From an uncultured virus (IMG/VR IMGVR_UViG_3300032291_000723) (taxonomy: Duplodnaviria; Heunggongvirae; Uroviricota; Caudoviricetes): DNA of 64,000 bases. The stretch lies in the IMG/VR virus record IMGVR_UViG_3300032291_000723; one strand, 5' to 3'. The translations under genes were made by a program, and so were the position numbers. This document shows positions 26,192-36,035 of this stretch, piece by piece. Numbering within the stretch: the first letter of the stretch is position 1; every line of letters begins with the position of its first letter. The notes below the pieces were generated by a model that was not told where the DNA came from, made no database searches, and saw only the letters and a list, made by a program, of their open reading frames with translations.

Positions 26192-26202
26192 AGGAATATA
26201 TA

Positions 26203-26709
26203 ATGATTCATACACACACAATGACACAACTTAAGACAGTGCAAGACCCAATGCGTCTGCTGTCTTCCTCAGTAATTACTAGTGGTACTTCGCTTTCTGC
26301 AGAAGTAGCAACAACCACTGTACCAGCATCAACAACTGCATATATTGTACTTCCTGCTTCATCACTGAACTACATTAAGATTGCACCTTATGTTAGCTCA
26401 GTAGCCAATACGCCAACAATTAGAATTACTGGTTGGTCTAAGACTTCAGATGCTACTGCAGTTTATGTGCCTCAGGTTCTATTTCAAGGAACTATTTCGG
26501 CACTAGGAACTACTTCAACTGCCACAGCAGGTGGTACTCTTTATGCTGCCGCAACAATTTCAAAGACATTTGGAGATGCTAAGATTTATAATTCAGCCAC
26601 TTCTTCATGCGCTTCCCTTTTAGTTGACACTCTTGGTGTACAGTTTATTAAGGTTGAGATTATTGCTTCTACTGCTGTAACTTATAATGCTTTCATTGGA
26701 GCAATCTAA
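26203..26709 (+). CDS. Putative structural protein (Ser/Thr/Ala-rich beta protein)
   Basis: AAGGA RBS; composition; lies in structural block. Confidence 0.6.
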   Translation: MIHTHTMTQLKTVQDPMRLLSSSVITSGTSLSAEVATTTVPASTTAYIVLPASSLNYIKIAPYVSSVANTPTIRITGWSKTSDATAVYVPQVLFQGTISALGTTSTATAGGTLYAAATISKTFGDAKIYNSATSSCASLLVDTLGVQFIKVEIIASTAVTYNAFIGAI

Positions 26710-28421
26710 TGCATCGTTTTAGGTCTTGGACATTAACTCCTACTGAGTTGCGTACACAACGCAACCGTATTCTACCTATTAATGGTGAGAATAACCCCGA
26801 CTTTAACTTTGATTTTACATCAACGACCGAGACTCTGCTAAAAGAAAAGTTTAACTTTACTCGCGCAGGAACGAACGCTACCTACATTGCTTCAAATGGA
26901 CTTGTTACAACTGCTGTAGCTAATGTTCCCCGTTTTGAATACTCAACAGCTGGTCAACCTATTGGCCTTCTCCTTGAAGGAACAGGGAAGAACTGGTTTA
27001 AGTACTCAGAGGATCAGAGCAACGCGGTATGGATTGCTTACACTAACGGCCCTACGCCTAAAAGTGTAACAAAAAACGGTAAGTCCACAACAACTTTTGC
27101 ACCTGATGGTTCCCAAAATGGTAATAAGGTAACCATCGTTGGTACTGGCAACAACGGACTGTATCAGGTTCTTCCTGCCGAACTAAAGACCAATTCAATT
27201 GGTAAACCTATTACAGTTTCAGTTTGGGCATGGACAGAAACCGGAACGGCAACGATGGCTATTAATTACTGGAATGGTGCCGCCAGTAGTCTTGGCGACC
27301 CTGAAACTCTAACAACTACTCCTAGACGAATAACAAGAACCCTAACTCTTAGTGGCTCTACGGCTGTAGATCATAATGTCACAGTCTCAAACTCTGGTGG
27401 CGATGCTACATTTGTGTGGTGGGGATATCAAGTAGAAGACGGATCTCAGGCATCGTCTTACATCAAGACCACTACCGATCCTGCTACCCGATCTCCCGAT
27501 TCTTTGACTATAACAGGAACTTCATTCTCCAGCTGGTTCACGCAGAATGAAGGAACTGCTCTTTTGTCGTTTGATTATAGAAATCAAAACGCCTCTACTA
27601 CTGTAATTTACCCTCGTATATTTAGGTTTGCTCCATCAGCTAATCCATATGATCCCCCGCGAACAACTCTTGGTTATGCAGTTAGTATAGCTAAATTCTT
27701 TGTCAACGCAGTAACAGCAGCAAATACCACGGTTGTAGATACATACACATCGTTATCGTATGGACAAGGAACAAACATAAGAGCGGGCTTGTCGTACTCA
27801 AACACTTCAGGCAAGACAATTCTGTGTGTCAATGGAGATACGCCAACTACTGCTACAAATTCAGTAGCATACGATACTACAGGCATAGGGCAACTTACAT
27901 TTGCAACCGATATTAGTAGTGGAATAATGCACTTAAAATCTTTTACATTCTGGAAGGAAGCCAAGCCAGCAGCAGAACTTCAGTCTCTTGCTGATATTAA
28001 TAATCCCGGATTTGGTACTATTGGTGGCAACACTATGTACCTAAGCGGCGACATTGGTAGTTTAATGCGATATAATCGTTTTGCTGAAGGCCCATCATAT
28101 TCTTCATTGCGTGGTAGTTCGGATGAAAACGACTATTATACTGCAAGCAAAGCTACAGCCCTAACTGATTTTTCTTTTGGAATGCGAATTGTCGTAACTA
28201 AGGGCGATTATGCCAATATGGTTGGAAACATTGGATATAATATCAATGATAGTTATCTGGCAGTATATGATGTAAATACTCCTGTTGCAGTTGGCATGAC
28301 AGAAAACGATGAGATTGCCTTTGGTTTATCTCCTAATCTTCCCGCAGAACTTGCAGGACGCATTGAGATCTACGAATGGGACACCAAACAAACAATAACT
28401 TCATTTGATTTCCGCACATAA
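26709..28421 (+). CDS. Head-spike/fibre-like protein with probable carbohydrate-binding beta-sandwich domains
   Basis: FTRA...ATY...G......PRFEY...GLLLE...N and QVE.G..ASSYI.T....ATR patterns of phage spike proteins. Confidence 0.65.
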   Translation: MHRFRSWTLTPTELRTQRNRILPINGENNPDFNFDFTSTTETLLKEKFNFTRAGTNATYIASNGLVTTAVANVPRFEYSTAGQPIGLLLEGTGKNWFKYSEDQSNAVWIAYTNGPTPKSVTKNGKSTTTFAPDGSQNGNKVTIVGTGNNGLYQVLPAELKTNSIGKPITVSVWAWTETGTATMAINYWNGAASSLGDPETLTTTPRRITRTLTLSGSTAVDHNVTVSNSGGDATFVWWGYQVEDGSQASSYIKTTTDPATRSPDSLTITGTSFSSWFTQNEGTALLSFDYRNQNASTTVIYPRIFRFAPSANPYDPPRTTLGYAVSIAKFFVNAVTAANTTVVDTYTSLSYGQGTNIRAGLSYSNTSGKTILCVNGDTPTTATNSVAYDTTGIGQLTFATDISSGIMHLKSFTFWKEAKPAAELQSLADINNPGFGTIGGNTMYLSGDIGSLMRYNRFAEGPSYSSLRGSSDENDYYTASKATALTDFSFGMRIVVTKGDYANMVGNIGYNINDSYLAVYDVNTPVAVGMTENDEIAFGLSPNLPAELAGRIEIYEWDTKQTITSFDFRT

Positions 28422-28441
28422 TCCTATAGAGTATTTATATA

Positions 28442-29476
28442 ATGAACATCAACAGCAAACTACAACAACAGTTACTATTAAATAAGAAGCTGCAGCGTTT
28501 GCTAGAATCTTCTATTGAAGAAATCTCAAATGTTAAAACAGCTGCTGACTCTGCTGTTAAAACTGCAAGTAATGCACTTCAAGCTGCAGATGATGCTATT
28601 AAACCAACAGCTTTAACTTCTGGTTTAGCGGGTAAAGCGAATTTAGTACACACCCATACTGCTAGTGATATTAGTTCAGGATTAGCGGCTGTAGCTACTG
28701 CTGGTATTATAGTAAATACACAAGAATTCACAAGCAGTGGTACATGGACAAAGCCAGCCAATGCTCAAATGGTTTTCATTCGCTGTATTGGTGGTGGCGC
28801 AGGAGGCAGCGGCGCATCCACAGCATCTGGTGGTGCAGGTGGATGTGCTGGTCAAGTATCCGAACTTTGGATTCCAGCAAGTCGCCTTAATACAACTGAA
28901 ACAGTTACTTGTGGCGCGGCTGGTACAGCCGGAGCAGCAGGAACTGTCAACAATGGTGGAGCAGGAGGACTGACTCAGTTTGGTCCTGCTCTTAATAACT
29001 GGGTTTTTGCCGTTGGTGGTGGTGGTAGCGGTACTCTTGTAATCCGAACAAATGACGGCGGAACAATTACTGGTGGTTTTGGTGCTGGCATTGCCTCTGG
29101 AAACCCCGGTCGCGTTGGTAAATACAACGGTTCCGGCGGTGGTGGTGGTGGAGCACAACTTGTATCCAGCGCAGGTGGCGTAGGCGGACAAGGTGGTCAG
29201 GGTAGTTGGGCATCCGTTACTGTTCCTAGTTCCGGCGGTGGTGGCACAGCAGGTGTAGTCGGAACCCCCGGAGGAGCAGGAGGTGCAGGAACCGTAACTG
29301 CAACCGGATTCGGTTCTGGCGGCGGTGGTGGCGGCGGAAGCAGCACCACAGGCGGTACAGGCGGTGCAGGTATCCGTGGCTCTGGTGGTGGCGGCGGTGG
29401 CCGTGGTACTAGCGCAGGTGGCGCAGGTGGTGCAGGTGGCGTAGGCTACTGCATCGTATACACAATCTGTGGATAA
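28442..29476 (+). CDS. Glycine-rich fibre/adhesin protein
   Basis: N-terminal coiled coil, HTH linker, FTSSGTWTKP then long GGxGG runs. Confidence 0.75.
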   Translation: MNINSKLQQQLLLNKKLQRLLESSIEEISNVKTAADSAVKTASNALQAADDAIKPTALTSGLAGKANLVHTHTASDISSGLAAVATAGIIVNTQEFTSSGTWTKPANAQMVFIRCIGGGAGGSGASTASGGAGGCAGQVSELWIPASRLNTTETVTCGAAGTAGAAGTVNNGGAGGLTQFGPALNNWVFAVGGGGSGTLVIRTNDGGTITGGFGAGIASGNPGRVGKYNGSGGGGGGAQLVSSAGGVGGQGGQGSWASVTVPSSGGGGTAGVVGTPGGAGGAGTVTATGFGSGGGGGGGSSTTGGTGGAGIRGSGGGGGGRGTSAGGAGGAGGVGYCIVYTICG

Positions 29477-29481
29477 TACAA

Positions 29482-29673
29482 ATGAGATATGCTTTAATAA
29501 ATCTAAATAATAACACAGTCGATAATGTAGCTGAGTGGGATGGCGTTACGCCTTGGACTATATCAGATACAGCTATTGAACTAGCAGCCGATGAACTATG
29601 CGAACCTTGGTGGATCTATGATCTCAATGGTTCTCCTAGATTCTTTCCTCCAACAGAGGTAACAAATGGCTAA
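29482..29673 (+). CDS. Small fibre-associated chaperone-like protein
   Basis: MRYALI...V.NV...W.Y.....F.PP directly after the Gly-rich fibre. Confidence 0.55.
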   Translation: MRYALINLNNNTVDNVAEWDGVTPWTISDTAIELAADELCEPWWIYDLNGSPRFFPPTEVTNG

Positions 29674-29761
29674 GAAAACTTTTAAGTGCGCTTGTGGAAA
29701 GACCACCTCACGCACTGGCAGAGATGCCAAACAAATGGTCAAATCTAAAAGAAAGAAATAA
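29666..29761 (+). CDS. Very small basic peptide (31 aa)
   Basis: GAGGT RBS; MAKKTFKCACGKTTSRTGRDAKQMVKSKRKK. Confidence 0.45.
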   Translation: MAKKTFKCACGKTTSRTGRDAKQMVKSKRKK

Positions 29762-29764
29762 TTT

Positions 29765-30703
29765 ATGATGAATGAAGAGACTCCCGTATCAGCTGAACAA
29801 TCCTCACAGACTCAGGCTGGTGCATTGGAACAATCTCTTACATCGACTCCAGAGGATGCTATTCTCGCCCGTGAGAAGGTTGCCTTTGACGCTTATGTAA
29901 GAAACCAAGGCATGCAGATTCCTGAAAACTTCAAGGATGCTGGTGCTTGGTTTGAAAGCCTTAAGAACGCTCAAAAGGAATATACTAAGTCACGACAAGA
30001 AGTAGCAGATCTCAAGAAGAAGTATGTGGACCCCAATGAAGTTGCTAATCCCAACTACAAGCCAGAGGCAACCCCAGTTGCTCCCAAGGCTGAAGAGGTC
30101 CCAAGCATTCCTGAGATTCTAAAGATCCCGGAGAACAAGCCAGAAGCCGCTACGCCAGCAGCCCCTGCTGTTGCCACTGAAGAAGACTGGAAGAAGTGGA
30201 CTGTAGAGTTCGCTACTAACAATGCTCTATCAGAGGAAACCATTAAGACAATTCAAGAGAAGACAAAGCTTCCAGAATTTGTTGTTAATGAGTATATGCA
30301 GGGCCAGAAGGCAAAGCTAGAGATGGCTTATACAAAGGCAAGTGAACTAGTTGGCGGTCGTGACGAACTAAACAAAATGTTCGTCTGGGCTTCCAAGAAC
30401 CTCACTCCTGCCGAACAGGAATCAATTAACCGCAACCTTGCTTCACCTTCTTGGGATGTAGCCCTCTATGGTCTACAGACAAAGTATGCTAAGTCTACCC
30501 AGACTAGCAAGCCCAACGAACCTAAGCAGTCTGCAAAGGCTCAAGTTAATTTTGCTTCCACACAACAGGGAATCACTGCTTATCAAACTAAGCGTGAGTT
30601 CTCTGCTGAACGAAACAATCCAATGTTTGAATCAAATCCAAAGTACCGCGCTTATGTGGAACAGCGGATGATTCGGACAGACTTTACAAACCTACCCAAG
30701 TAA
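29765..30703 (+). CDS. Capsid scaffolding protein (T7 gp9-like)
   Basis: PENFK, VGG..E...M..WA..NL, C-terminal P.YR..VEQR; directly before capsid gene. Confidence 0.85.
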   Translation: MMNEETPVSAEQSSQTQAGALEQSLTSTPEDAILAREKVAFDAYVRNQGMQIPENFKDAGAWFESLKNAQKEYTKSRQEVADLKKKYVDPNEVANPNYKPEATPVAPKAEEVPSIPEILKIPENKPEAATPAAPAVATEEDWKKWTVEFATNNALSEETIKTIQEKTKLPEFVVNEYMQGQKAKLEMAYTKASELVGGRDELNKMFVWASKNLTPAEQESINRNLASPSWDVALYGLQTKYAKSTQTSKPNEPKQSAKAQVNFASTQQGITAYQTKREFSAERNNPMFESNPKYRAYVEQRMIRTDFTNLPK

Positions 30704-30880
30704 TCCGTTTTTCGAGACACCGGATTTCTTTTGAAGTCCCATGAAAAGCAAAGCCCCCATATGGTAATGGCTGGCTTTCATGGGACTTCGCTCGACTACT
30801 AGACTCTTTTTGAACAATCGAAAGGTTGAGTTTCAAACTTAGTCTCAAATAAAAAACAAGTTTCTATTTAAGGAGAAACA
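30704..30880 (+). promoter_or_regulatory. Structured 5' leader of the capsid gene
   Basis: 14-bp stem GAAGTCCCATGAAA/TTTCATGGGACTTC (30733-30789) plus flanking hairpins; TAAGGAG RBS. Confidence 0.6.
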
Positions 30881-30883
30881 CAT

Positions 30884-32185
30884 ATGGGATTTCAATCAGG
30901 TACAGATATCGCAGCAGCAAATTTTGCACTAGTTCGCACAGCAGCTGGAGATGCTCCAGATAGCTCAGGAGTAAATAAGCTATGGCTCCCACTATGGAGC
31001 GGCGAAGTAATTAACGCATACGATCAGTTCAATATGTTTGAGAGCATCATTACTACCAAGAGCATTGCTGGTGGTTTTTCTTACGAGTTCCCAATGACTG
31101 GTACTGTTGATCTACAGGCTTCATGGGACGCAGGTGAAGAACTTCTCGGTGGTAGCTCAACTAGCAGCTCTTTCAAGGTTATCCTTGATAAGCGTCCAAT
31201 GGCAGCTCACTTTGAGACTGATAACATTGATATGCTTGTTACTCAGTGGGATTACCGTTCTGAGCTAGCCCGTCAGGCTGGTCTACAGCTCGCTAGTACC
31301 CGTGACAAGCAGCTTGCTATTGGCCTTGCTGCTGCTTGCGCCGTTCCTCAGCTTGCCGCTGATGCCCGTGGTCTTGCTGCTGCAGCTTTCCAAGCTCCAG
31401 CTATGCTTAGCACTTCAGTTCAGGCTTCAGCTTGCACAGAAACCGAAGCACTTAAGCTACTTCAGGAAATTGAAAACTATCTCGTTGTTTGCCAAGAGAA
31501 CGACATTCCAGTTACTGATGTATACTGCGTTGTTACTCCAAAGGTCTTCCAAGTCATTCGTGCGCTTGGTATTCCTCGTAGTCCAACTTCAACCGTAAGC
31601 TCTACTGGTCTCAACAACTACGCCAACAACCCACTGTTTGGCGCTAGCGATACTTGGGGCAGCAATGGCGCTCCAATCAGTGTTGGTATGAATCAGCTGA
31701 CTGATACTCTTGATTACATGGGTGTCAAGATTATGAAGACCAATCACCTTCCCAAGACAAACCTTAACATCACCGCTAACAACATTGGTAGTGCTAAGTA
31801 CAATCTAAATTGTGCTGCTACTGCTAACGCTGCTGGTGCTTCTGGTGCTAATCAGGGTTTTGAATCAGCCTTTAGCTTCTATGGTATCATCTTCCAGACC
31901 AATGCTATTGCTGGTCTATCCCTACAGGGCATGAAGGTTGACACCGTACAGGATGTCCGCCGTAACACCCAGTTCACCGTAGCAAGCATGATGAAGGGCA
32001 CTGGTATTATTCGTCCAGAAACTTGCCGCGCACTCATCTCAGGCTCTGGTTCTACTGTTACACGCGCTAAGCTTGTTGAACATTTTGAGAGTGCTAGCGT
32101 TAAGTCTGCTGATACTGGTGTTGCTGGTCAGGCCGTTAACACCAACTTTGCCAACGGCTTTGGCGCTGAGTATGTTCAGGCCTAA
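30884..32185 (+). CDS. Major capsid protein (T7 gp10-like)
   Basis: LWL..WSGEV..AY, KSI..G.SY.FP..G, DYRSELARQAG..LA...D, G.GIIRPE. Confidence 0.92.
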   Translation: MGFQSGTDIAAANFALVRTAAGDAPDSSGVNKLWLPLWSGEVINAYDQFNMFESIITTKSIAGGFSYEFPMTGTVDLQASWDAGEELLGGSSTSSSFKVILDKRPMAAHFETDNIDMLVTQWDYRSELARQAGLQLASTRDKQLAIGLAAACAVPQLAADARGLAAAAFQAPAMLSTSVQASACTETEALKLLQEIENYLVVCQENDIPVTDVYCVVTPKVFQVIRALGIPRSPTSTVSSTGLNNYANNPLFGASDTWGSNGAPISVGMNQLTDTLDYMGVKIMKTNHLPKTNLNITANNIGSAKYNLNCAATANAAGASGANQGFESAFSFYGIIFQTNAIAGLSLQGMKVDTVQDVRRNTQFTVASMMKGTGIIRPETCRALISGSGSTVTRAKLVEHFESASVKSADTGVAGQAVNTNFANGFGAEYVQA

Positions 32186-32257
32186 TGATTAATTTATTCT
32201 CCATGTCTGTCTGCGAATTCTTATACGCCGATTGATAAGGAGGTGATCAAATCATCT

Positions 32258-32300
32258 ACCCCCGGCCCCCTTAAGTGGGGGTCGGTGGGTTTTCTCTTTT
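32258..32300 (+). terminator. Intrinsic terminator after capsid gene (Tphi position)
   Basis: ACCC-CCGGCCCCC-TTAAGT-GGGGGTCGG-T-GGGT followed by a T-rich tail. Confidence 0.85.
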
Positions 32301-32326
32301 TAATTTCTACTTTATAGGAGGCTACT

Positions 32327-33004
32327 ATGGGCTTAATTACTAAGCTACAAGCAATTAATCAAATGTTACTAGCTTCAGGTGAGAACCTTGTTGCTGACCT
32401 AGAAGGCGAATCTGGTATTGATACTGGAATTGCTGAGACATTACTTGAACAAGCAAGCATGGACTACCAACTGCGTGGTCTTGCATCTAATAAGTTTATT
32501 CGTAAGTATGAATTAACTACTGATGGTAAGATTATTCTTCCTACTGCTGATGCAGATGAAGAAGGTATTCTGGCTTTGGAGTTGGTCTCTCTTCACTACA
32601 CTAAAGACGGTGACCAGATAAAGGCAAGAATTCTAAACAACTCTAGTCCTGCTCGCTTATGGAATATCACACAAGATACTGATATCTGGACTAGTGCTGG
32701 TGGTCCTTACTATCTAGAGTTTACTATGAAGCTCCCTTGGGAGAATCTTGAGACTACCGCTCAGAGAGCTATTATGACCACAGCCATGCGTCACTACCAG
32801 AGCATCACTCAGGGTGATGATGTTACTGATGCATTCCTTGGCTACCAAGAGCAGCTCTTTTCAATTAAAAATAAATCATCTGATATCAGTGACAAGAAGA
32901 AGAACATCTTCTCTTCCAATAATCTTTGGAGAGACAGTCGTTATCGTGCTCGTTATTTCAGTGATCCAAATAGATTTCGGTACTGGAGTACCAGAGGTTA
33001 TTAA
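32327..33004 (+). CDS. Tail tubular protein A (T7 gp11-like)
   Basis: TKLQAINQML...GE..V..L N-terminus; position. Confidence 0.88.
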   Translation: MGLITKLQAINQMLLASGENLVADLEGESGIDTGIAETLLEQASMDYQLRGLASNKFIRKYELTTDGKIILPTADADEEGILALELVSLHYTKDGDQIKARILNNSSPARLWNITQDTDIWTSAGGPYYLEFTMKLPWENLETTAQRAIMTTAMRHYQSITQGDDVTDAFLGYQEQLFSIKNKSSDISDKKKNIFSSNNLWRDSRYRARYFSDPNRFRYWSTRGY

Positions 33005-36000
33005 TGGCAATGCGAAGAAAAGGACCACAAGCTGGTTTCAATACAACTAAAGTTCCAGTCTACATGACCAACAGCGTAGGGCGGCAGTCTCCTAATAGAC
33101 GCCAGCCCAACGAAGCAGAGAACATTGACAATGCCCTAGTATCCCTAGAGCGTAACTTTGAAAAGCGTCCCGGCTTTGAGATTGTCCCTCAGAAGACCGC
33201 AGCCAATGCTACTTCATGGGACATTGGCTCTACCGCAACCAGACTAGACCTCCATACATTAGCCAATGTAGATGCTAATCATGATCTGTGGTACTATTGG
33301 TATAACATCAATGAAGATAATACCTTCTTGGTAGTCATAGACTTTAGTGCTACTTCTGATTCAGAAAAGTTATTTTATATCTTCCGTGTGTTCCCTACAG
33401 GTACATGGGAAGACCTGACTCCACCAACTCAAACTAACGCTTCTGGTGTTGTTTCTTCCACAAGCCGTGAATATCTAACTTACAATCCAAATAACAAGAC
33501 AGCAAAGGAATCTCTTAAGGCTGTGTCTCTAGGTTCAAGCATTGTTGTATTAAATACCAATGTAAAGGCTGGCTTTAGTTCAGATACCACTGGAAAGTTA
33601 TTTGACCTTAGTGGTACTGCTACTGATAATGACGATGTTCAAGGTCGCAAAGTTACTTATTATACGGCTTCTAAAGTAATTAGAGTTTATGATAAAGGTG
33701 ATGATACGTTAAGTGGTACTGGAGATGATATCTTTTTTGGTTGGCGTCCCGGTTATCTTTCTGGTTCTAGTCCTTCAAATGGTACTGTAAATCACATCCA
33801 TTTAAGTACTTCTGCATCACCTATTGATAATACTTATAATGGAATGACTATTAAAGTCACATCTAAAACATCAGGTACTGTTCAGACTAGAGTAATTTCT
33901 ACTTATACCGCATCTAATCAACAAGCCTCAGTAACTGTTCCTTTTTCTCCCGCTCCCAATTCAGGAGATGGGTATCTAATTGAAATTACAGGTGCTGATT
34001 ATATTCCAGCAGAGGATTATTTTTATTCTGATCCTGCTAAGTCTTATCTTGGTCAAAAAGTAAACGACATCTCAGATATAAAGTTACCACCAGAAGCAGA
34101 CGATTGGTTTGCAAATAATGAAAAGCTTACTGCTACTACAGATAATAAAGCTAGGGAAATGTTGCGATTATTATATGATCCCGACACAACCTTAAATAAT
34201 ATTATTGATGGTCGTGGTAAAATTTTCTTTATGGTTAATCCATATCTAAATACAACTTCAGGTTTCTATAGAGTTGTTTCTTGGAATCCTACAGATAAAA
34301 CATTTTACTATGATTCTTCAAAGGTTATCTATACTACAAGTGGTTCTGGTCGTACCCTTATAACAAGCCAAGGACGCCCTTATCTTCAAAAGGTAAGAAC
34401 ACCAGACGAACACTCTGTCATTGATTATCGAAGAATGCCTCAGAAGATTGTAGTATCTATTGATGCTTCTAATGTCACAAACTGGAAGATCGAACCAATT
34501 AAGTGGACGGCTAGAACAACCGGAGATAAAACAACTAATCCCGGTCCTAGTATCTTTAAGACTGTAGATCGTAAGTCTCTTAGACATCCAAGTATCACTG
34601 GCCTCGCTGTCTTCAAGGATAGACTATGGTTCTCTGCTGACGATGTTATCTTCTGTTCACAAATGGGTGAGTATGAGAATCTATTTCTAGACGATCCTTC
34701 AAACATTGTAACCACAGATCCTATTGATATTCGTGTCTCTTCAAATAACTACTGTGAAATTACCAGTATGACTCCCTTTGAAGAATATATGTTTATCAAT
34801 ACCAAGGCAAACATTCAGTTCCAACTAATGACTGCCAATGGTCAAGAGATGTCTCCAACCAATGTGGCTATTGCCCCAGTAACATACTATGGCACTGCTC
34901 CTATTCTTGATCCACAGTTCATTGGCTCTAGACTTTACTTCTTTGATTCTCAGCGTCTCTTCCTATTTACAGGTAAGGGTACAATGGGATATGCTTCAGC
35001 AGCCGAAGTATCCACAGGAGCCATGGGCTATCTACCAAAGAACTATAGAACTGCAGCTACGGCTCCTTCACAGGATACTCTATTGTTCGTAGACGATGAC
35101 AATCGAAACCATATCTATGGTTACATCAATAGATTCAGCGGTGATCGGGTTATTCAAAACTCTTTTTATCGTTACATTCTTGCTGAAGAAGAGTCTATTG
35201 AAACTCTTAAGTGCTATAATAACTATATGTATGTTCTTAGTAAGCGAGAGACTACTGCTGGCAGTGGTACCTATAAGTATTACTTATATCGCAACTACAT
35301 GATTACTGAAGATGTTTATGTTCCTCGTCTAGATCGAATGTTTAAGATGAAGATTATTAACTCAGATAGTCAGTCAGTAAACTATAATGCTAAGTATGAT
35401 CCTTATTCAGCAATGACTACTTATCGTATTCCCGGACATACCGATATTACAGATATTGACAAATATTTTGTTGTGCTATCTAAGGGATGGTATAATAATG
35501 GAAACAGTAGTGAAGAAGATCTTAGCAATGTTGCTATTCAGCCTTATAGTATAACAAATAAAACAGATGGCTCAGGTAATCCTTATACTGAGATTGTAGT
35601 TATTGGCGCAAATTATGCAGTTGATGGTTACTATGTTTACATTGGTATTAAGTACAAGATGAATGTAGAACTAAGTACTCTCTTTGTACGCGATGAAAAC
35701 AATAACATCATTGATGGTGTGTTGAATATCCGTAGTGCTATCTTCAGACATTACTATACTGGTCCTTATGATATCGAAGTAACTCATCGTGGTCGAACAG
35801 CGTTTACCACTAGTTACATCCCAACAAGACCAGATTACACGGTCTACGAAGATCCTCTTCCTTTGGAGATATTCCAAAAACAAGGAGAGTTTGTTTCCAA
35901 GATTGTTGGATACTCAGACTCCTTGGTAATTAAAATCACAAGTGAATATCCTACTCCTGTTAATATTACAAACATGGAGTTCAAAGGAAAGTTCAAACAA

Positions 36001-36024
36001 AAGTATACAACAATTGATACTTAA
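33004..36024 (+). CDS. Tail tubular protein B / nozzle (T7 gp12-like)
   Basis: KRPG, W..R..GD...NP.PS, FKDRLWF, S..GEY.N.F, DPID. Confidence 0.9.
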   Translation: MAMRRKGPQAGFNTTKVPVYMTNSVGRQSPNRRQPNEAENIDNALVSLERNFEKRPGFEIVPQKTAANATSWDIGSTATRLDLHTLANVDANHDLWYYWYNINEDNTFLVVIDFSATSDSEKLFYIFRVFPTGTWEDLTPPTQTNASGVVSSTSREYLTYNPNNKTAKESLKAVSLGSSIVVLNTNVKAGFSSDTTGKLFDLSGTATDNDDVQGRKVTYYTASKVIRVYDKGDDTLSGTGDDIFFGWRPGYLSGSSPSNGTVNHIHLSTSASPIDNTYNGMTIKVTSKTSGTVQTRVISTYTASNQQASVTVPFSPAPNSGDGYLIEITGADYIPAEDYFYSDPAKSYLGQKVNDISDIKLPPEADDWFANNEKLTATTDNKAREMLRLLYDPDTTLNNIIDGRGKIFFMVNPYLNTTSGFYRVVSWNPTDKTFYYDSSKVIYTTSGSGRTLITSQGRPYLQKVRTPDEHSVIDYRRMPQKIVVSIDASNVTNWKIEPIKWTARTTGDKTTNPGPSIFKTVDRKSLRHPSITGLAVFKDRLWFSADDVIFCSQMGEYENLFLDDPSNIVTTDPIDIRVSSNNYCEITSMTPFEEYMFINTKANIQFQLMTANGQEMSPTNVAIAPVTYYGTAPILDPQFIGSRLYFFDSQRLFLFTGKGTMGYASAAEVSTGAMGYLPKNYRTAATAPSQDTLLFVDDDNRNHIYGYINRFSGDRVIQNSFYRYILAEEESIETLKCYNNYMYVLSKRETTAGSGTYKYYLYRNYMITEDVYVPRLDRMFKMKIINSDSQSVNYNAKYDPYSAMTTYRIPGHTDITDIDKYFVVLSKGWYNNGNSSEEDLSNVAIQPYSITNKTDGSGNPYTEIVVIGANYAVDGYYVYIGIKYKMNVELSTLFVRDENNNIIDGVLNIRSAIFRHYYTGPYDIEVTHRGRTAFTTSYIPTRPDYTVYEDPLPLEIFQKQGEFVSKIVGYSDSLVIKITSEYPTPVNITNMEFKGKFKQKYTTIDT

Positions 36025-36035
36025 CGGAGACATAC

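Noticed and set aside
28415..28435. CCTATAGAG before the Gly-rich fibre gene as a fifth phage promoter
   Set aside because: Matches only the CTATAGA core, not the upstream CC(G/C)AATA..TG element
32160..32235. T7 gp10B-like -1 frameshift extension of the capsid protein
   Set aside because: The -1 frame has a TGA about five codons before the capsid stop, no slippery heptamer is present, and the extension would be very short
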